This document shows positions 27,766-38,138 of a stretch of DNA of 64,000 nucleotides, in pieces; within the stretch, counting starts at the first letter, position 1, and every line of letters starts with the position of its first letter. The stretch lies in contig JBBRLJ010000018.1 of the NCBI GenBank assembly GCA_038231435.1, positions 1-64,000 on the forward strand, in the 5' to 3' direction. The notes beneath the pieces were generated by a model. That model searched no databases, had not been told where the DNA came from, and saw nothing but the letters and a program-made list of their open reading frames with translations. This DNA is from Planctomycetota bacterium. Lineage in GTDB: Bacteria > Planctomycetota > UBA11346. A program made the translations under genes and the position numbers.

Positions 27766-30700
27766 GTTCAGGCGACGAGGCGGCTGCCGCTGCCCTATCG
27801 CGCTGAGCCCTCGTCTGCTCCAGCGCCACGCTCGACCTGTCATCGGCGTGGAGGTCGACCGCCTTGGCATACGCGTCGAGCGCATCGACGAAGTCGACCT
27901 TGGCGCGAGCGGCGTCGCCGATTTCCATCAGGATCGTGGACGCGGCAGCCGCATCGGCAGCCGCAGGCTGGGATCGACCACAGAACAGGTGTAGGAGCGA
28001 GCGGATCGACAGTGCCTGCACGTTGCGGGGGTCCAATCCGACGGCCTCGTCGAGATCCGCCAGTGCCAGGTCCGCCATCCGCGCTTCCACTCTTGCCGAC
28101 GCCCGCGCCACCAGGGCATCGGCCACATGGCCATCGGCTCGTGCATGATCCATGCCGCCGACCTTGGCCTTCGCGGCCCAGGCGCGCATCGCGGAGACGG
28201 CGCCGTCGAATTGCGCCAAGGCCTCGGGGATGCGCCCTGCGTGCAGCAGCACCTCGGCGCGGCCGCTGATGGCGGGCGGGTAATTCGGCGCGTTCGCCAG
28301 GATCCAGTCAAAGTCGGCAAGGGCGCCAGCGACGTCGCCGGCACGTTCTCGCACGCCGGCCCGCCAGGTGCGGGCCGTGCAGCTGGCCTGGGCGCGCTCG
28401 GCGGATGGCGCGCCGTCACTCAGGAGCGACGAGAGTTCGTTCTCGCCGCCCGCCGCGTCGCCACCCTGGTCGAGCAGACGTGCGATGGCGAGCCGGGCCT
28501 CATCGTCGCCGCATGCGCTGGCGTGGCGATACGCTGCGATGGCAGGCTCGGCCTGGCCCAGTTGGCGATGGAACTCGGCGAGTCCGGTCCACAGCTCGGC
28601 GCTACCACGGAAGGCGCCGGCGAGCGCCTCGGCACGGGCCGTGGCGGCGTGGTAGTCGACGAGCGCCTCGCTCGTCTTGCCGGCATGGCGCAGGGCTTCG
28701 GCACGCGTAAACCAGCACATCGGCTCGCTCGGTGCGAGTCGGATAGCCTCATCGAGATCCCGCAGCGCCTGGGCCACGCCGGAGCCTGCATCGCCGACCT
28801 TCGCTTCCTCAAGGGATGGGTCGGCGGTGGCGGCGATGGCCTGCGCGCGCATGAGCCTGGCCAAGGCGTAGTCTGGATTCAGGCGCAGGGCCTGATCGAG
28901 ATCCGCCCGCGCCTCGCGGGCGCGGCCCGAGGAGAGCTCCTCGAAGGCGCGCAGCGTCCACGCCTGCGGCAAGCCGTGGAAGCGGTCGATGGCCGCCGTG
29001 TAGGTCGCCACCACCTGGTCGAGGTTGCGCGGAAATGGCGTGAGCACGGCGACGAGCAGGTGCAGCGCCTCGGTGCGCCGTCCGCCCTGCGCGGCCAGGG
29101 TCTTGGCCTCGGCCTGGATGTCGCCGTACTGCCGGTAGGCGTCGGGGCTGCGCGCGGCTCGCAGATAGCGGACCCACAGATCCAGGGCGTGGCGCTCATA
29201 GGCGTCGCCGGCCATGCCCGCGCGGTCGAGATCCGCCCGTACCTGCTTCCCGTCGCTGTCGCTGGCGACGTAACCGCCCTGATCGCCGAACACGAACAAC
29301 CGTCCCATCTGGTCGAAGAAGTCGTGGCGCAGCCGGGCGAGGGCGCGGCCCTGGCTGGCCAGCTCGAGCGCGCCGAGCTTGCGCGACACCGGGCCGTCGG
29401 CCGCGGCGATCGCTGCATCGAAATCCGCGATCGCCGCGGCCTCACGGTTGCGCAGGAGCTCGGCCTCGCCCGCCAGACAGGAGATGATGCCTTCGGCGGG
29501 CTGTTGCGCCCGCGCCACCGCTAGCCGGCCGAGCAGGTCGTCATCGCGAGCGTAGGCCGCTGCCAGGGCCGGATCGTCGAGCTGGCGCGCGAGCGTGTCG
29601 TCGAGATCGCGCAGCTCGCGCCGCGACGCCTCCACCAATCCCTGCAAGGTCAGCTCGCGCTCGCGCTCCGCCGCGAGCGCGAGACGTTTGGTGTCCGCTT
29701 CATGGGCTAGCGCCAGGTTCGCCTCGGCCTGCTGCAGATTGGCCTTGGCGTCGAGCAGCTTGACGACGCCGAAGGCCGAGCCGGCGATCACCGCCACCAC
29801 CAGGGCCGTGGCCAGCCCCCAGATCGCCGGACGCCGCTGCATGCTGCGGCGCATGCGATAGCCGATGCCGGCGCGGCGCGCGAGCACCGGCAGGCGCTCC
29901 AGGTAGCGCGTGAGCTCGGCCGCGAAATCGGCGGCGCTGGCGTAGCGGCGCGCGGGATCCTTGGCCATGGCGGTCAGGCATATGGTCTCGAGATCGCGAT
30001 CGCCTCCGGGCGGCTGGGGATCCTCGTCGACCACCAGGCGCAGGATGTCCCAGGTGCTGCTGCCCGTGAACGGCGCCCGGCCGCTGAGCAGCGCGTAGAG
30101 CGTGGCGCCGAGCCCGTAGACGTCGGTGCGCGCGTCCATCGACCTGGTCTCGCCGCGCGCCTGCTCGGGGGCCATGAACGCCGGCGTGCCGACGACCTCG
30201 CCGCTGACCGTCAGGTGCTCGCCGACGTCCTCGACCGGACGCGCCAGGCCGAAATCGAGGATGAAGGCTTGGCCCTCGGCGTCGACCAGCACGTTGTCGG
30301 GTTTGAGATCGCGATGGAGCACGCCGCGCTGGTGGGCGTGGTGCACCGCCAACGCCGCGTCGCGCAGCGCGCGGATGCGGTCGCCGCTGGCCTTGTGCAG
30401 CGCCGCGCCCTCGACGTACTGCATGGCGATGAATGGCGGATCGAGCGAGAATTCGTAGAGCTTGGCGATGTGCGGATGGTCGAGCGCCGAGGCTAGGCGC
30501 GCCTCGCGCTCGAAGCGGCTCCAGGCCTCGCGCGAGTGGCGCAGCATGAGCTTGATCGCCACGGTGCGGCCCAGGCGCTGGTGGACCGCCTTCCATACCT
30601 CGCCCATGCCGCCTTTGCCGATGCGTTCAGCGAGCAGGTAGCCGCCGAGCACCGCTCCCGGCCCCAGGGCGCGCAGCGCCGCCAGCTGCGAGAGCTGCAC

Positions 30701-30898
30701 GTCGGTGTCGTGGCGTTCGCGGCTCGAGGCGGGTTCCGACGACATCAGGCGCGTCGGCGTGAATTCCGATGCGGGTCCGGCGGCCGTGGGGGCATCGCTC
30801 GCAGTGGTCACCGGGAGAGCACCCGGCGTGGGCCTGCCCGGCATCGACCGCGTCGGCGGCGAGGCTGGATGTGGTTGCGGATCGCCGCTCTGCGACAT
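27755..30898 (-). CDS. Hanks-type Ser/Thr protein kinase with TM segment and C-terminal TPR repeats
   Basis: IGKGGMGEVW, VAIK, HRDLKPDN, DFGLAR, GTPAFMAPEQ, DVYGLG; TM IWGLATALVVAVIAG; many A..D...A..L.P TPR units. Confidence 0.93.
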   Translation of the reverse strand: MSQSGDPQPHPASPPTRSMPGRPTPGALPVTTASDAPTAAGPASEFTPTRLMSSEPASSRERHDTDVQLSQLAALRALGPGAVLGGYLLAERIGKGGMGEVWKAVHQRLGRTVAIKLMLRHSREAWSRFEREARLASALDHPHIAKLYEFSLDPPFIAMQYVEGAALHKASGDRIRALRDAALAVHHAHQRGVLHRDLKPDNVLVDAEGQAFILDFGLARPVEDVGEHLTVSGEVVGTPAFMAPEQARGETRSMDARTDVYGLGATLYALLSGRAPFTGSSTWDILRLVVDEDPQPPGGDRDLETICLTAMAKDPARRYASAADFAAELTRYLERLPVLARRAGIGYRMRRSMQRRPAIWGLATALVVAVIAGSAFGVVKLLDAKANLQQAEANLALAHEADTKRLALAAERERELTLQGLVEASRRELRDLDDTLARQLDDPALAAAYARDDDLLGRLAVARAQQPAEGIISCLAGEAELLRNREAAAIADFDAAIAAADGPVSRKLGALELASQGRALARLRHDFFDQMGRLFVFGDQGGYVASDSDGKQVRADLDRAGMAGDAYERHALDLWVRYLRAARSPDAYRQYGDIQAEAKTLAAQGGRRTEALHLLVAVLTPFPRNLDQVVATYTAAIDRFHGLPQAWTLRAFEELSSGRAREARADLDQALRLNPDYALARLMRAQAIAATADPSLEEAKVGDAGSGVAQALRDLDEAIRLAPSEPMCWFTRAEALRHAGKTSEALVDYHAATARAEALAGAFRGSAELWTGLAEFHRQLGQAEPAIAAYRHASACGDDEARLAIARLLDQGGDAAGGENELSSLLSDGAPSAERAQASCTARTWRAGVRERAGDVAGALADFDWILANAPNYPPAISGRAEVLLHAGRIPEALAQFDGAVSAMRAWAAKAKVGGMDHARADGHVADALVARASARVEARMADLALADLDEAVGLDPRNVQALSIRSLLHLFCGRSQPAAADAAAASTILMEIGDAARAKVDFVDALDAYAKAVDLHADDRSSVALEQTRAQRDRAAAAASSPEPSR

Positions 30899-31098
30899 GT
30901 GTCTCCCGGCGCTTTCCGTGGACCGTCGGTGGCGGGCCGAGCGGCGGCGATGGCGCGCCACCTATCGAGTATGGGCCCAGACGTCCGGGGGCGCAAATCG
31001 CGGCGAGCCCCACCCAGGACCTGTGCCGCACAGCCCATGGGCGCGCAAGCCCATTCGAGGGCGACTGTTGGCGGGAAAACGACGTGGCGGGCCGCTGG

Positions 31099-32796
31099 CT
31101 ACTTGGCGAAGCCGATGTAATCGATGGCGAAATCGAAGCTCAGCGGATTAGGGAAGTTGTCGCCCTTGAACGAGATCGAGCACAGCTTCTTGCGGTCCAG
31201 TCCGGCGATGTCGAAGGCCGACAGCGGGATCTGGACCTCGTGCCACTCGCCATCGAGGAGCTTCGGGCAGAACGCCAGCACGTCGACGTCCTTGCTGGTC
31301 TGCTTCGGCGCGCTCGACGAGTCCTGGCTTCCGAGCCACATCTGCAGCTTCTTCGGCTTGGTGTCGCCGGTGATCTTGATCGATGCGAGGAATGTAGCGC
31401 AGCCGCTGGCGTCGGTGACGTCGACATCCTTGCGCGGGTCCGGGAACCACGACCACCCGCAGTTCGCCCAGGATTCCTTCATCGCCGCGTGCCAGAGGAT
31501 CGCCGACTTGCCCTGGCGCACCACCGTCGACTGCACCGTGATGGTGGCGTCCTTGTTCGCCCAGCTGCCGCCGATCACCGGCTTCGCCTCGCCGTCCCAG
31601 GCCAGGATGTCGCGCGGAATCAGCTGGTTGACCACCTGGTCGAGATTCTCGGGCACGTCGAGACGCACGATCGCTTCCGCCTGGTGCGACTCGGTCGAGC
31701 GCCACGCGAAGAAGCAGTTGCCCTTCTCGTCGTAGACCAGGCCCTTCGGCTGGAACGACAGCTTCTGGCCGACCGCGTCCCAGCTTTCGCCGCCATCGTT
31801 GCTGATCAGCAGCTGCTGATCCCCGAGCGCCGCGAGCCAGCGCTTCGGCAGCTCGACCGGGCAGCTCTTCACGCTCGTCGGTAGGCTCTCCCAGGATTTT
31901 CCATGCGAAGTGCTGCGCAGCACCACCTCGCCGTCGCCAGCGGGCCAATAGATGGTGCCGTTCGAGGTCACCAGCGCGGGCGCGGTGCCACCGTTGGTGT
32001 AGACCTTCGCCCAGGTCTTGCCGGCGTCATCGGTGCGCCAAATGCCGACCTCCTTCTCCTTCTTGCTCTTCTTGTCGTACCTGGAGGAGCTCACCAGCCA
32101 GGTCTTCTCGTCGACCAGCGCGACCTGGTCGGTGTAACCGGTCGCGGGAGGGAACTTGCCGTTCTTGGAGAAGAAGCTGCCGCCGTTGGTCGAAAACTGG
32201 ATCTCGTGCTCCTTCTCGTGCGGACCCAGCACCAGCGTCTTGCGCTTGGGATCCGCGAGATCGACGGCGATGGAGTCCAGGCCCTCGACATTGCCGACGC
32301 CCTTGAAGGTCTTGCCGCCGTCCGCGCTCGTGAACAGGCCAGGGGCGCCGACGCTGCTCGCCACCCACCAGGCGTTCGCATCCTTCGCATCGATCAGCAC
32401 CTGGCTCGGATGGATCTTCGGATTCGCGATCGCGCCCAGCGCGGTCCAGCTCGAGCCCTTGTTCGTCGAAGCGTATAGGCCCTTGCCGCTGACCCCGACC
32501 ACCACCACGTCCGCTCCTGGCACCACGGCCATCGCGGTCACGCCATCAGCGCCCCACGTGTTGCCGGCGAGATCGTTGGTCGCGTCGACCCAGGCGGCGC
32601 GGGGTTTCGGCGCGTCAGCGGCCGGCGCCGCGGCGGTGGATGGCGCCTTCGCCGGATCCACCGGCGCGGGGGCGTCCTCGGCGAGGGCTATGCCGCCCAG
32701 CGCGATGGCCTGGAGCAGCGCCACCATGGTGACGATCGTCTGGGGCATCCGCCCATGCATCCATGTGGTCACGCGTCGCTCCTCGAGATGGTTCAT
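31099..32796 (-). CDS. Secreted BNR/Asp-box beta-propeller protein with C-terminal carbohydrate-binding-like beta-sandwich
   Basis: Signal peptide; repeated S-x-(D/N)-x-G-x-(S/T)-W/F Asp boxes; C-terminal GEWHEVQIPLSAF...IDYIGF. Start uncertain. Confidence 0.72.
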   Translation of the reverse strand: MNHLEERRVTTWMHGRMPQTIVTMVALLQAIALGGIALAEDAPAPVDPAKAPSTAAAPAADAPKPRAAWVDATNDLAGNTWGADGVTAMAVVPGADVVVVGVSGKGLYASTNKGSSWTALGAIANPKIHPSQVLIDAKDANAWWVASSVGAPGLFTSADGGKTFKGVGNVEGLDSIAVDLADPKRKTLVLGPHEKEHEIQFSTNGGSFFSKNGKFPPATGYTDQVALVDEKTWLVSSSRYDKKSKKEKEVGIWRTDDAGKTWAKVYTNGGTAPALVTSNGTIYWPAGDGEVVLRSTSHGKSWESLPTSVKSCPVELPKRWLAALGDQQLLISNDGGESWDAVGQKLSFQPKGLVYDEKGNCFFAWRSTESHQAEAIVRLDVPENLDQVVNQLIPRDILAWDGEAKPVIGGSWANKDATITVQSTVVRQGKSAILWHAAMKESWANCGWSWFPDPRKDVDVTDASGCATFLASIKITGDTKPKKLQMWLGSQDSSSAPKQTSKDVDVLAFCPKLLDGEWHEVQIPLSAFDIAGLDRKKLCSISFKGDNFPNPLSFDFAIDYIGFAK

Positions 32797-32993
32797 GGCC
32801 GCCGCGCCAGGCTAGGCGTCCACGCCAGGGTGGTGAAGCCGGCTGCGCAATTATGGACACTTGGAACGGCATTTCGAGACGGGAATGCCACCGCTTTCGG
32901 GCTCTGTGCGCATGCCCGCACGCAGGAACGAGATCGCCAGGCTCTGGAACGCTGCGGGTTGGCGCGGCTCGCCCACGCCGCTAGCGTGCGCGG

Positions 32994-34766
32994 ATGCAGC
33001 TCGTCCTGGTCGAGAGCCCGGCGAAATGCCGCAAGATCGAGGGCTTCCTCGGGCCCGGCTACCGGGTGATGGCGTCCTTCGGCCACATCCGCGACCTGCC
33101 CGAGAAGGACCTCGGCGTGGCCTTCGCCGGTGGACGGGTGACGGCGCGCTACGTGCTCAACGACAAGGGTACCGACGTGGTCGCGCGCCTGAAGCAGGCC
33201 GCCGACCGCGCCGAGTCCGTCATCCTCGCGACCGACCCCGACCGCGAGGGCGAGGCGATCTCGTGGCATCTCGCCGAGGCGCTCGGCCCGCGACGCTACT
33301 TGCGCGCCACCTTCAATGCGATCACCAGGCAGGCGGTGCTGGCCGCGGTCGGCAGCCCGCGCGCGATCGACCTCAACCTGGTGAACGCCCAGCAGGCGAG
33401 GCGCATCCTCGACCGCATCGTCGGCTACGCCGTCAGTCCCACCTGCTCGAAAGGCACCGGCCGGAAGGACGCGCGCTCGGCCGGCCGCGTGCAGTCGGTG
33501 GCTCTGCGCATCGTCGTCGAACGCGAGCTCGAGATCGAATCGTTCAAGCCCGAGACCTACTGGATCCCGGTGGCGACGGTGCTCGCGGCCAGGAAACCGC
33601 CCGCGTTCAAGGCCTGGCTGGTCGAATGGAAAGGCGAGCCGCTCGAGCGCCGGCTCAAGGACGAGGGCATGGCCAGCAAGGTGGTGGAGTGGTGCCGCCG
33701 CCAGCCGTGGCGCCTGGTGCGCGCCGAGAAGAACCGCCAGCAGTCCAATCCTCCGCCGCCGTTCATCACTTCGACACTGCAGCAGGCCGCGTCGGTACGG
33801 CTGCACCTGTCGCCGCAGGAGACGATGAAGCTCGCCCAGTCGCTGTACGAGGACGGCCGCATCACCTACATGCGCACCGACTCCACCTCGGTCAGCCCGG
33901 AAGCGGTGGCGATGGCGCGCGCGCACATCGCCGCCGAGTTCCCGAAGCCGTACCTGCCGGGCACGGCGCCCTCGCACGGCGCCAGATCAGCCAACGCGCA
34001 GGAAGCCCACGAGGCGATCAGGCCCATCCATCTCGACGGCGGGCCCGGTGCGCTCGGCGAGGATCCCAAGGGTGGGCTCTATCGCCTGATCTGGGAACGA
34101 TTCGTGGCTTCGCAGATGTCCGCCGGCGTGGATCAGCTGTCGGTGGTCGACGTCGCCTGCGCGCCGGATGCCTTCGCGCATCCCACCAAGGGTCTGATCC
34201 ACACCGGCATCTTCCGCGCGCGCGGCAAGACCGTGGTCTTCGACGGCTGGCGCCGCCTCACCGAGGATGCCTCGCAGGAGAAGCCCGTGAAGGGCGCCGC
34301 TAAGGACGACGAGGACGTGGCGCTGGCGAAACTGCCAGACCTGCGCGGCGACGAGGCCGTCGAGCTCAAGGAACTCGGCATCAAGGACAAGACCACCAAG
34401 CCGCCGCCGCGCTATACCGAGGCGAGCCTGATCAAGGCGCTCGAGAAGAAGGGTGTCGGCCGGCCAAGCACCTACGCCTCGATCATGACCACCATCGGCT
34501 CGCGCGGCTACGTCGTCATCAAGCGCCGCATGCTGCACGCCACCGAGTTGGGCATCGTGCTCACCCGCTTCCTGATCGCGCGTTATTCCGGCAACTTCAT
34601 CGATCCGGATTTCACCAACCGCGTCGAGGCGGATCTCGACCGCATCGCCAACGGCGAGCTGGACTGGGAGCCGTTCATCGACCGCGCCGCGCGCGAGGTG
34701 GTGGCGCTCGCCAGGGCGGCCGGGCTGTGGTACGATCCGCTGAACGGGGCTGAGCGCCGCGGTTGA
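32994..34766 (+). CDS. topA: DNA topoisomerase IA (TopA), core only
   Basis: LVESPAK, ASFGHIRDLP, ATDPDREGEAI, SAGRVQS, PPFITSTLQQ, catalytic GRITYMRTDS, AQEAHEAIRP, GRPSTYA. Confidence 0.93.
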   Translation: MQLVLVESPAKCRKIEGFLGPGYRVMASFGHIRDLPEKDLGVAFAGGRVTARYVLNDKGTDVVARLKQAADRAESVILATDPDREGEAISWHLAEALGPRRYLRATFNAITRQAVLAAVGSPRAIDLNLVNAQQARRILDRIVGYAVSPTCSKGTGRKDARSAGRVQSVALRIVVERELEIESFKPETYWIPVATVLAARKPPAFKAWLVEWKGEPLERRLKDEGMASKVVEWCRRQPWRLVRAEKNRQQSNPPPPFITSTLQQAASVRLHLSPQETMKLAQSLYEDGRITYMRTDSTSVSPEAVAMARAHIAAEFPKPYLPGTAPSHGARSANAQEAHEAIRPIHLDGGPGALGEDPKGGLYRLIWERFVASQMSAGVDQLSVVDVACAPDAFAHPTKGLIHTGIFRARGKTVVFDGWRRLTEDASQEKPVKGAAKDDEDVALAKLPDLRGDEAVELKELGIKDKTTKPPPRYTEASLIKALEKKGVGRPSTYASIMTTIGSRGYVVIKRRMLHATELGIVLTRFLIARYSGNFIDPDFTNRVEADLDRIANGELDWEPFIDRAAREVVALARAAGLWYDPLNGAERRG

Positions 34767-34924
34767 TGGTTATTGGCTGTCGATGGTCGAGATGCCGGTG
34801 GGCGTTGGCCGAACGTATCGTAGCGATGCGTGATCGGGCCACGCTGCTCGCGAGGACCGTCAAATCTCCGCAGCCCTGCGAGAACCGACAACCGATATCC
34901 GTGAACCATGAACCATGAACCGAC
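34761..34924. repeat. Two oppositely oriented degenerate heptamer arrays (GGTTGAT-type at 34761-34781; AACCGAC/AACCATG x6 at 34883-34924)
   Basis: 7-bp periodicity visible; the left array is complementary in type to the right array. Confidence 0.6.
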
Positions 34925-34998
34925 CCACGGTTCACCACCCCGTCGAACCGGCGGTTCTGCCCCCTGGCGGATGCAGGATCCGCGCGAATGATCGGGAC

Positions 34999-35808
34999 AT
35001 GCTCGAGCTGGTGAACGTGAGCAAGAGCTTCTACGACCCCAAGCGCAAGGAGGTCAAGGCGGTCGACGGACTCAGCGCCACCGTCGACGGCGGCGTGCTC
35101 GCCCTGGTCGGCGCGAACGGCGCCGGCAAGAGCACGCTGCTGCGCATGGTGTCGACGCTGCTGATCCCGGACACTGGCCGCGTGCTGGTCGACGGCATCG
35201 ACACGCGCATCGACGCGCAGGCGGTGCGCGCGCGCCTTGGCTACCTCTCGACCACCACCCGGATGTATCCGCGTTTGACCGGCCGCGAGCTGCTCGCCTA
35301 TGCCGGCGGCTTCTTCGATCTCGAGGGCGCCGACCTCGCCGCGCGCATCGATGCGCAGTGCCAGGCGTTCAGTCTCGGTGAATTCATCGACCAGCGCATC
35401 GACACCATGTCCACTGGGCAAATGCAGCGGCTGAACCTCGCCCGCACCCTGCTCGCCGATCCCAAGCTGCTGATCCTCGATGAGCCGACGACCGGGCTCG
35501 ACGTGCTGGCGGCCTGGCAGCTGGTCGAATCGGTGCGTGCCGCGCGCAAGCCAGGTCGCCTGATCATCCTCGCCACGCACATCATGCCCGAGGTCGGCCA
35601 TACCGCCGATCGGCTGTGGGTGCTGCGCAAGGGCAAGCTGATCTTCGACGGCGCGCCGTCGGGGCTCGGCACCGGCGAAGCCTTCGAGGACGCCATCCAC
35701 GATCTGCTCACCGACGAGGAGCACCGCGTCTCGGTGAGCGAGCGCATCGACTCGCTGGCCCCTCCGCACGCCGCCGAACCGCCAGTGGGCGGCGGGAACC
35801 ACGCATGA
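34999..35808 (+). CDS. ABC transporter ATP-binding protein (NatA-like)
   Basis: GANGAGKS, MSTGQMQR, ILDEPTTGLD, ATH. Confidence 0.9.
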   Translation: MLELVNVSKSFYDPKRKEVKAVDGLSATVDGGVLALVGANGAGKSTLLRMVSTLLIPDTGRVLVDGIDTRIDAQAVRARLGYLSTTTRMYPRLTGRELLAYAGGFFDLEGADLAARIDAQCQAFSLGEFIDQRIDTMSTGQMQRLNLARTLLADPKLLILDEPTTGLDVLAAWQLVESVRAARKPGRLIILATHIMPEVGHTADRLWVLRKGKLIFDGAPSGLGTGEAFEDAIHDLLTDEEHRVSVSERIDSLAPPHAAEPPVGGGNHA

Positions 35809-38135
35809 ACCGCCGTCACGTGCTGCACGTCTTCAAGAAGGACGGACTCGAGATCCTGCGCGATCGCCGCACCCTGTTCGTGAACATCGGCCTGCCGCTG
35901 CTGCTGTATCCGTTGTTCCTGCTCTTCGCGATCCAGATCCTGCAGCTGACCAAGACCCAGAAGGCCGAGACGCCAGCGGTGCTGCTGGTGGACACGCCGC
36001 CCGAGGTCGCGGAGGCCATCACCAAGGCCGCCGCCGACACCACCAAGACCGGCAAGAACACGAGCAAACCGTCTAGCGAGGTCGACAAGGATGCCGCTGC
36101 GCAGTCTTCCGGCCCAGCGACCATGGTCGATGAGACGCGGCCGGGCATCAAGCTCGCCGAGGCCAGCCAAGCACAGCAGGACGGCTTCCGCGAGGCCGCG
36201 CGCTCGGCGCTGCGGCTCGAGACCGAACGCGAAAAGTCCGAGCACGATGACGTCCCGCTCGCCCAGACCTCGCTCGAGGAGCGGCGGCGCCTACGCCAGG
36301 AGACGCTCGCGCACCTGCGCGCGTTGGGCCTGGTCGCCGTGGTGGTGCAGGTCCCGGGCGAGGACGGCCGTCCGCGCCTGGTGGTGCTGCAAGACGACGC
36401 CAGCCGGCGCAGCGACGACGCCGAAGATATACTGCGCCGCGCCCTGCGCGCGCGCCAGGACACCCTGGTGAAGAACCGCCTCGCCGAGGCCGGCCTGCCT
36501 GAGAACGCGCTCAAGCCGTTCGAGGTCGCGTATGCGCACATGGCGCCGCCGGTGGAATCGATCCGCACGCGCATCTCCGGCGTGCTGCCGGTGCTGCTGG
36601 TGCTGCTCGCGGTCAGCGGCGCGTTCTTCCCGGCGCTCGACCTGATCGCCGGCGAGCGCGAGCGCGGCACGCTCGAGAGCCTGCTGTCGTGGCCGGCGCG
36701 GCGGCGCGACGTGTTCACCGGCAAGCTGCTGGTGGCGTGCGCGGCGGCCGCCGCCTCGGTGATCCTCAACATCTGCTCGCTCGGCGCGACCATCGCCATC
36801 GGCGGCAGCCAGATCCACGTCGCCGGCGTCGACTTTGGCGGGCTGTTCTCGGTGGGCGGCGGGGCCCTGGCGATGTGCTTCATCGTGCTCATGCCGCTGA
36901 CCATCACCCTCGCGGCGGTGGCGCTGGCGGTGACCGGACTCGCCAACAGCTCGAAGGAGGCGCAGAACTACCTGACGCCGTACTTCCTCGCGGTGTTCGT
37001 CGCCGCGGTGCCGGCGCTGATCCCGGGCACGCGGCCGGGTTTCCTCCTCGATCTCATCCCGGTTACCGGGCCGCTGCTCGCATTGAAGGAGAGCCTGCAA
37101 TCCGAGCACATCCCGTGGGCGCACCTGCTGCTCTCCACCGGCGCCAGCCTGGCGCTCGCCGCGGTGGTGGTGGGCTGGTCGGCGCGCCTGCTCGAGGACG
37201 AGAAGTTCCGCTATCCCGGCCTGGTGCGCGCCGGCTGGGGGCGCTTCCGCGCCTGGGGCAAGGCCCCGAGCACGCCGGGCGGGCTCGAGGCGATGGCCGT
37301 CTACGCGGTCGCGGTCGCGGGCTTCACGCTCGGCGCCGGGCATTTCCAGGATTTCAACAGCTTCGCGCTGGTGGTGGTGCCGCTGCTGGCATTCACCCTG
37401 GTGCCCGCGCTCGCGCATTGCTGGCTCGGTGCGTACGATCCGCGCGAAACCCTGCGCCTGCGCGCGCCGGCTCCGCGCGCTTACGGCGGCGCCGCGCTGC
37501 TGGTCCCGTTCGCGGTCATGCTCAGCGTCGCGATCAGCATGCTGCAGGCCCCCTACTTCGCGAATCTGCATGACGGCGGCGCCGATGAGAAGATCCAGAA
37601 GATCGTCACCGCCGTCGACGCCCTGGGCGGATTGCCGCTGGTCATCCTCGGCATGGCGGTGCTGCCCGGCATCTGCGAGGAGCTGCTATGCCGGGGCACC
37701 CTGCTCTCGGGCCTCGAGCGCGGCATCGGCCGAACGGGTGCGGTGATCATCTCGGCGTTCCTGTTCGGCGCCCTGCACGCCGATCCGTCGCGCTTCCTGC
37801 CGCAGTTCGCGCTCGGCATGGTGCTGGCGATCCTGGTCATCCGCACGCGCTCGATCATCCCCTCGATGATCGTCCACGCCGGCCACAACGCGACGGTGCT
37901 GGTGATCGAGCTCAAGGGCAACGCGCTGGCCGCCAACCCCACCATCGGCGCCATCGGCGACTGGCTGACCAACCACCTCATCGTCACCATCCCCTGCCTG
38001 GTCGTGATCGGCGTCGCCGGCCTCGCCTGCGGCGTCATCCTCGCCGGCCGCAGCCTCCCGACCGCCGAAGTCCCCGCCGACCTCCAACCCCGCGCCCCCG
38101 GCACCTCCGCACCACTCCCGATCCAACGCATCTGA
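35805..38135 (+). CDS. ABC-2 permease (NatB-like) fused to CPBP/Abi intramembrane metalloprotease
   Basis: EILRDRRTL, AGERERGTLESLL, SSKEAQ; C-terminal EELLCRG, FGALH, HAGHN; ATGA overlap with the ATPase gene. Confidence 0.9.
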   Translation: MNRRHVLHVFKKDGLEILRDRRTLFVNIGLPLLLYPLFLLFAIQILQLTKTQKAETPAVLLVDTPPEVAEAITKAAADTTKTGKNTSKPSSEVDKDAAAQSSGPATMVDETRPGIKLAEASQAQQDGFREAARSALRLETEREKSEHDDVPLAQTSLEERRRLRQETLAHLRALGLVAVVVQVPGEDGRPRLVVLQDDASRRSDDAEDILRRALRARQDTLVKNRLAEAGLPENALKPFEVAYAHMAPPVESIRTRISGVLPVLLVLLAVSGAFFPALDLIAGERERGTLESLLSWPARRRDVFTGKLLVACAAAAASVILNICSLGATIAIGGSQIHVAGVDFGGLFSVGGGALAMCFIVLMPLTITLAAVALAVTGLANSSKEAQNYLTPYFLAVFVAAVPALIPGTRPGFLLDLIPVTGPLLALKESLQSEHIPWAHLLLSTGASLALAAVVVGWSARLLEDEKFRYPGLVRAGWGRFRAWGKAPSTPGGLEAMAVYAVAVAGFTLGAGHFQDFNSFALVVVPLLAFTLVPALAHCWLGAYDPRETLRLRAPAPRAYGGAALLVPFAVMLSVAISMLQAPYFANLHDGGADEKIQKIVTAVDALGGLPLVILGMAVLPGICEELLCRGTLLSGLERGIGRTGAVIISAFLFGALHADPSRFLPQFALGMVLAILVIRTRSIIPSMIVHAGHNATVLVIELKGNALAANPTIGAIGDWLTNHLIVTIPCLVVIGVAGLACGVILAGRSLPTAEVPADLQPRAPGTSAPLPIQRI

Positions 38136-38138
38136 TCA

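Noticed and set aside
35805..38135. NatB-CPBP fusion as a novelty or Abi phage defence gene
   Set aside because: This fusion is already known, and the 'Abi' name of CPBP proteases does not imply abortive infection.
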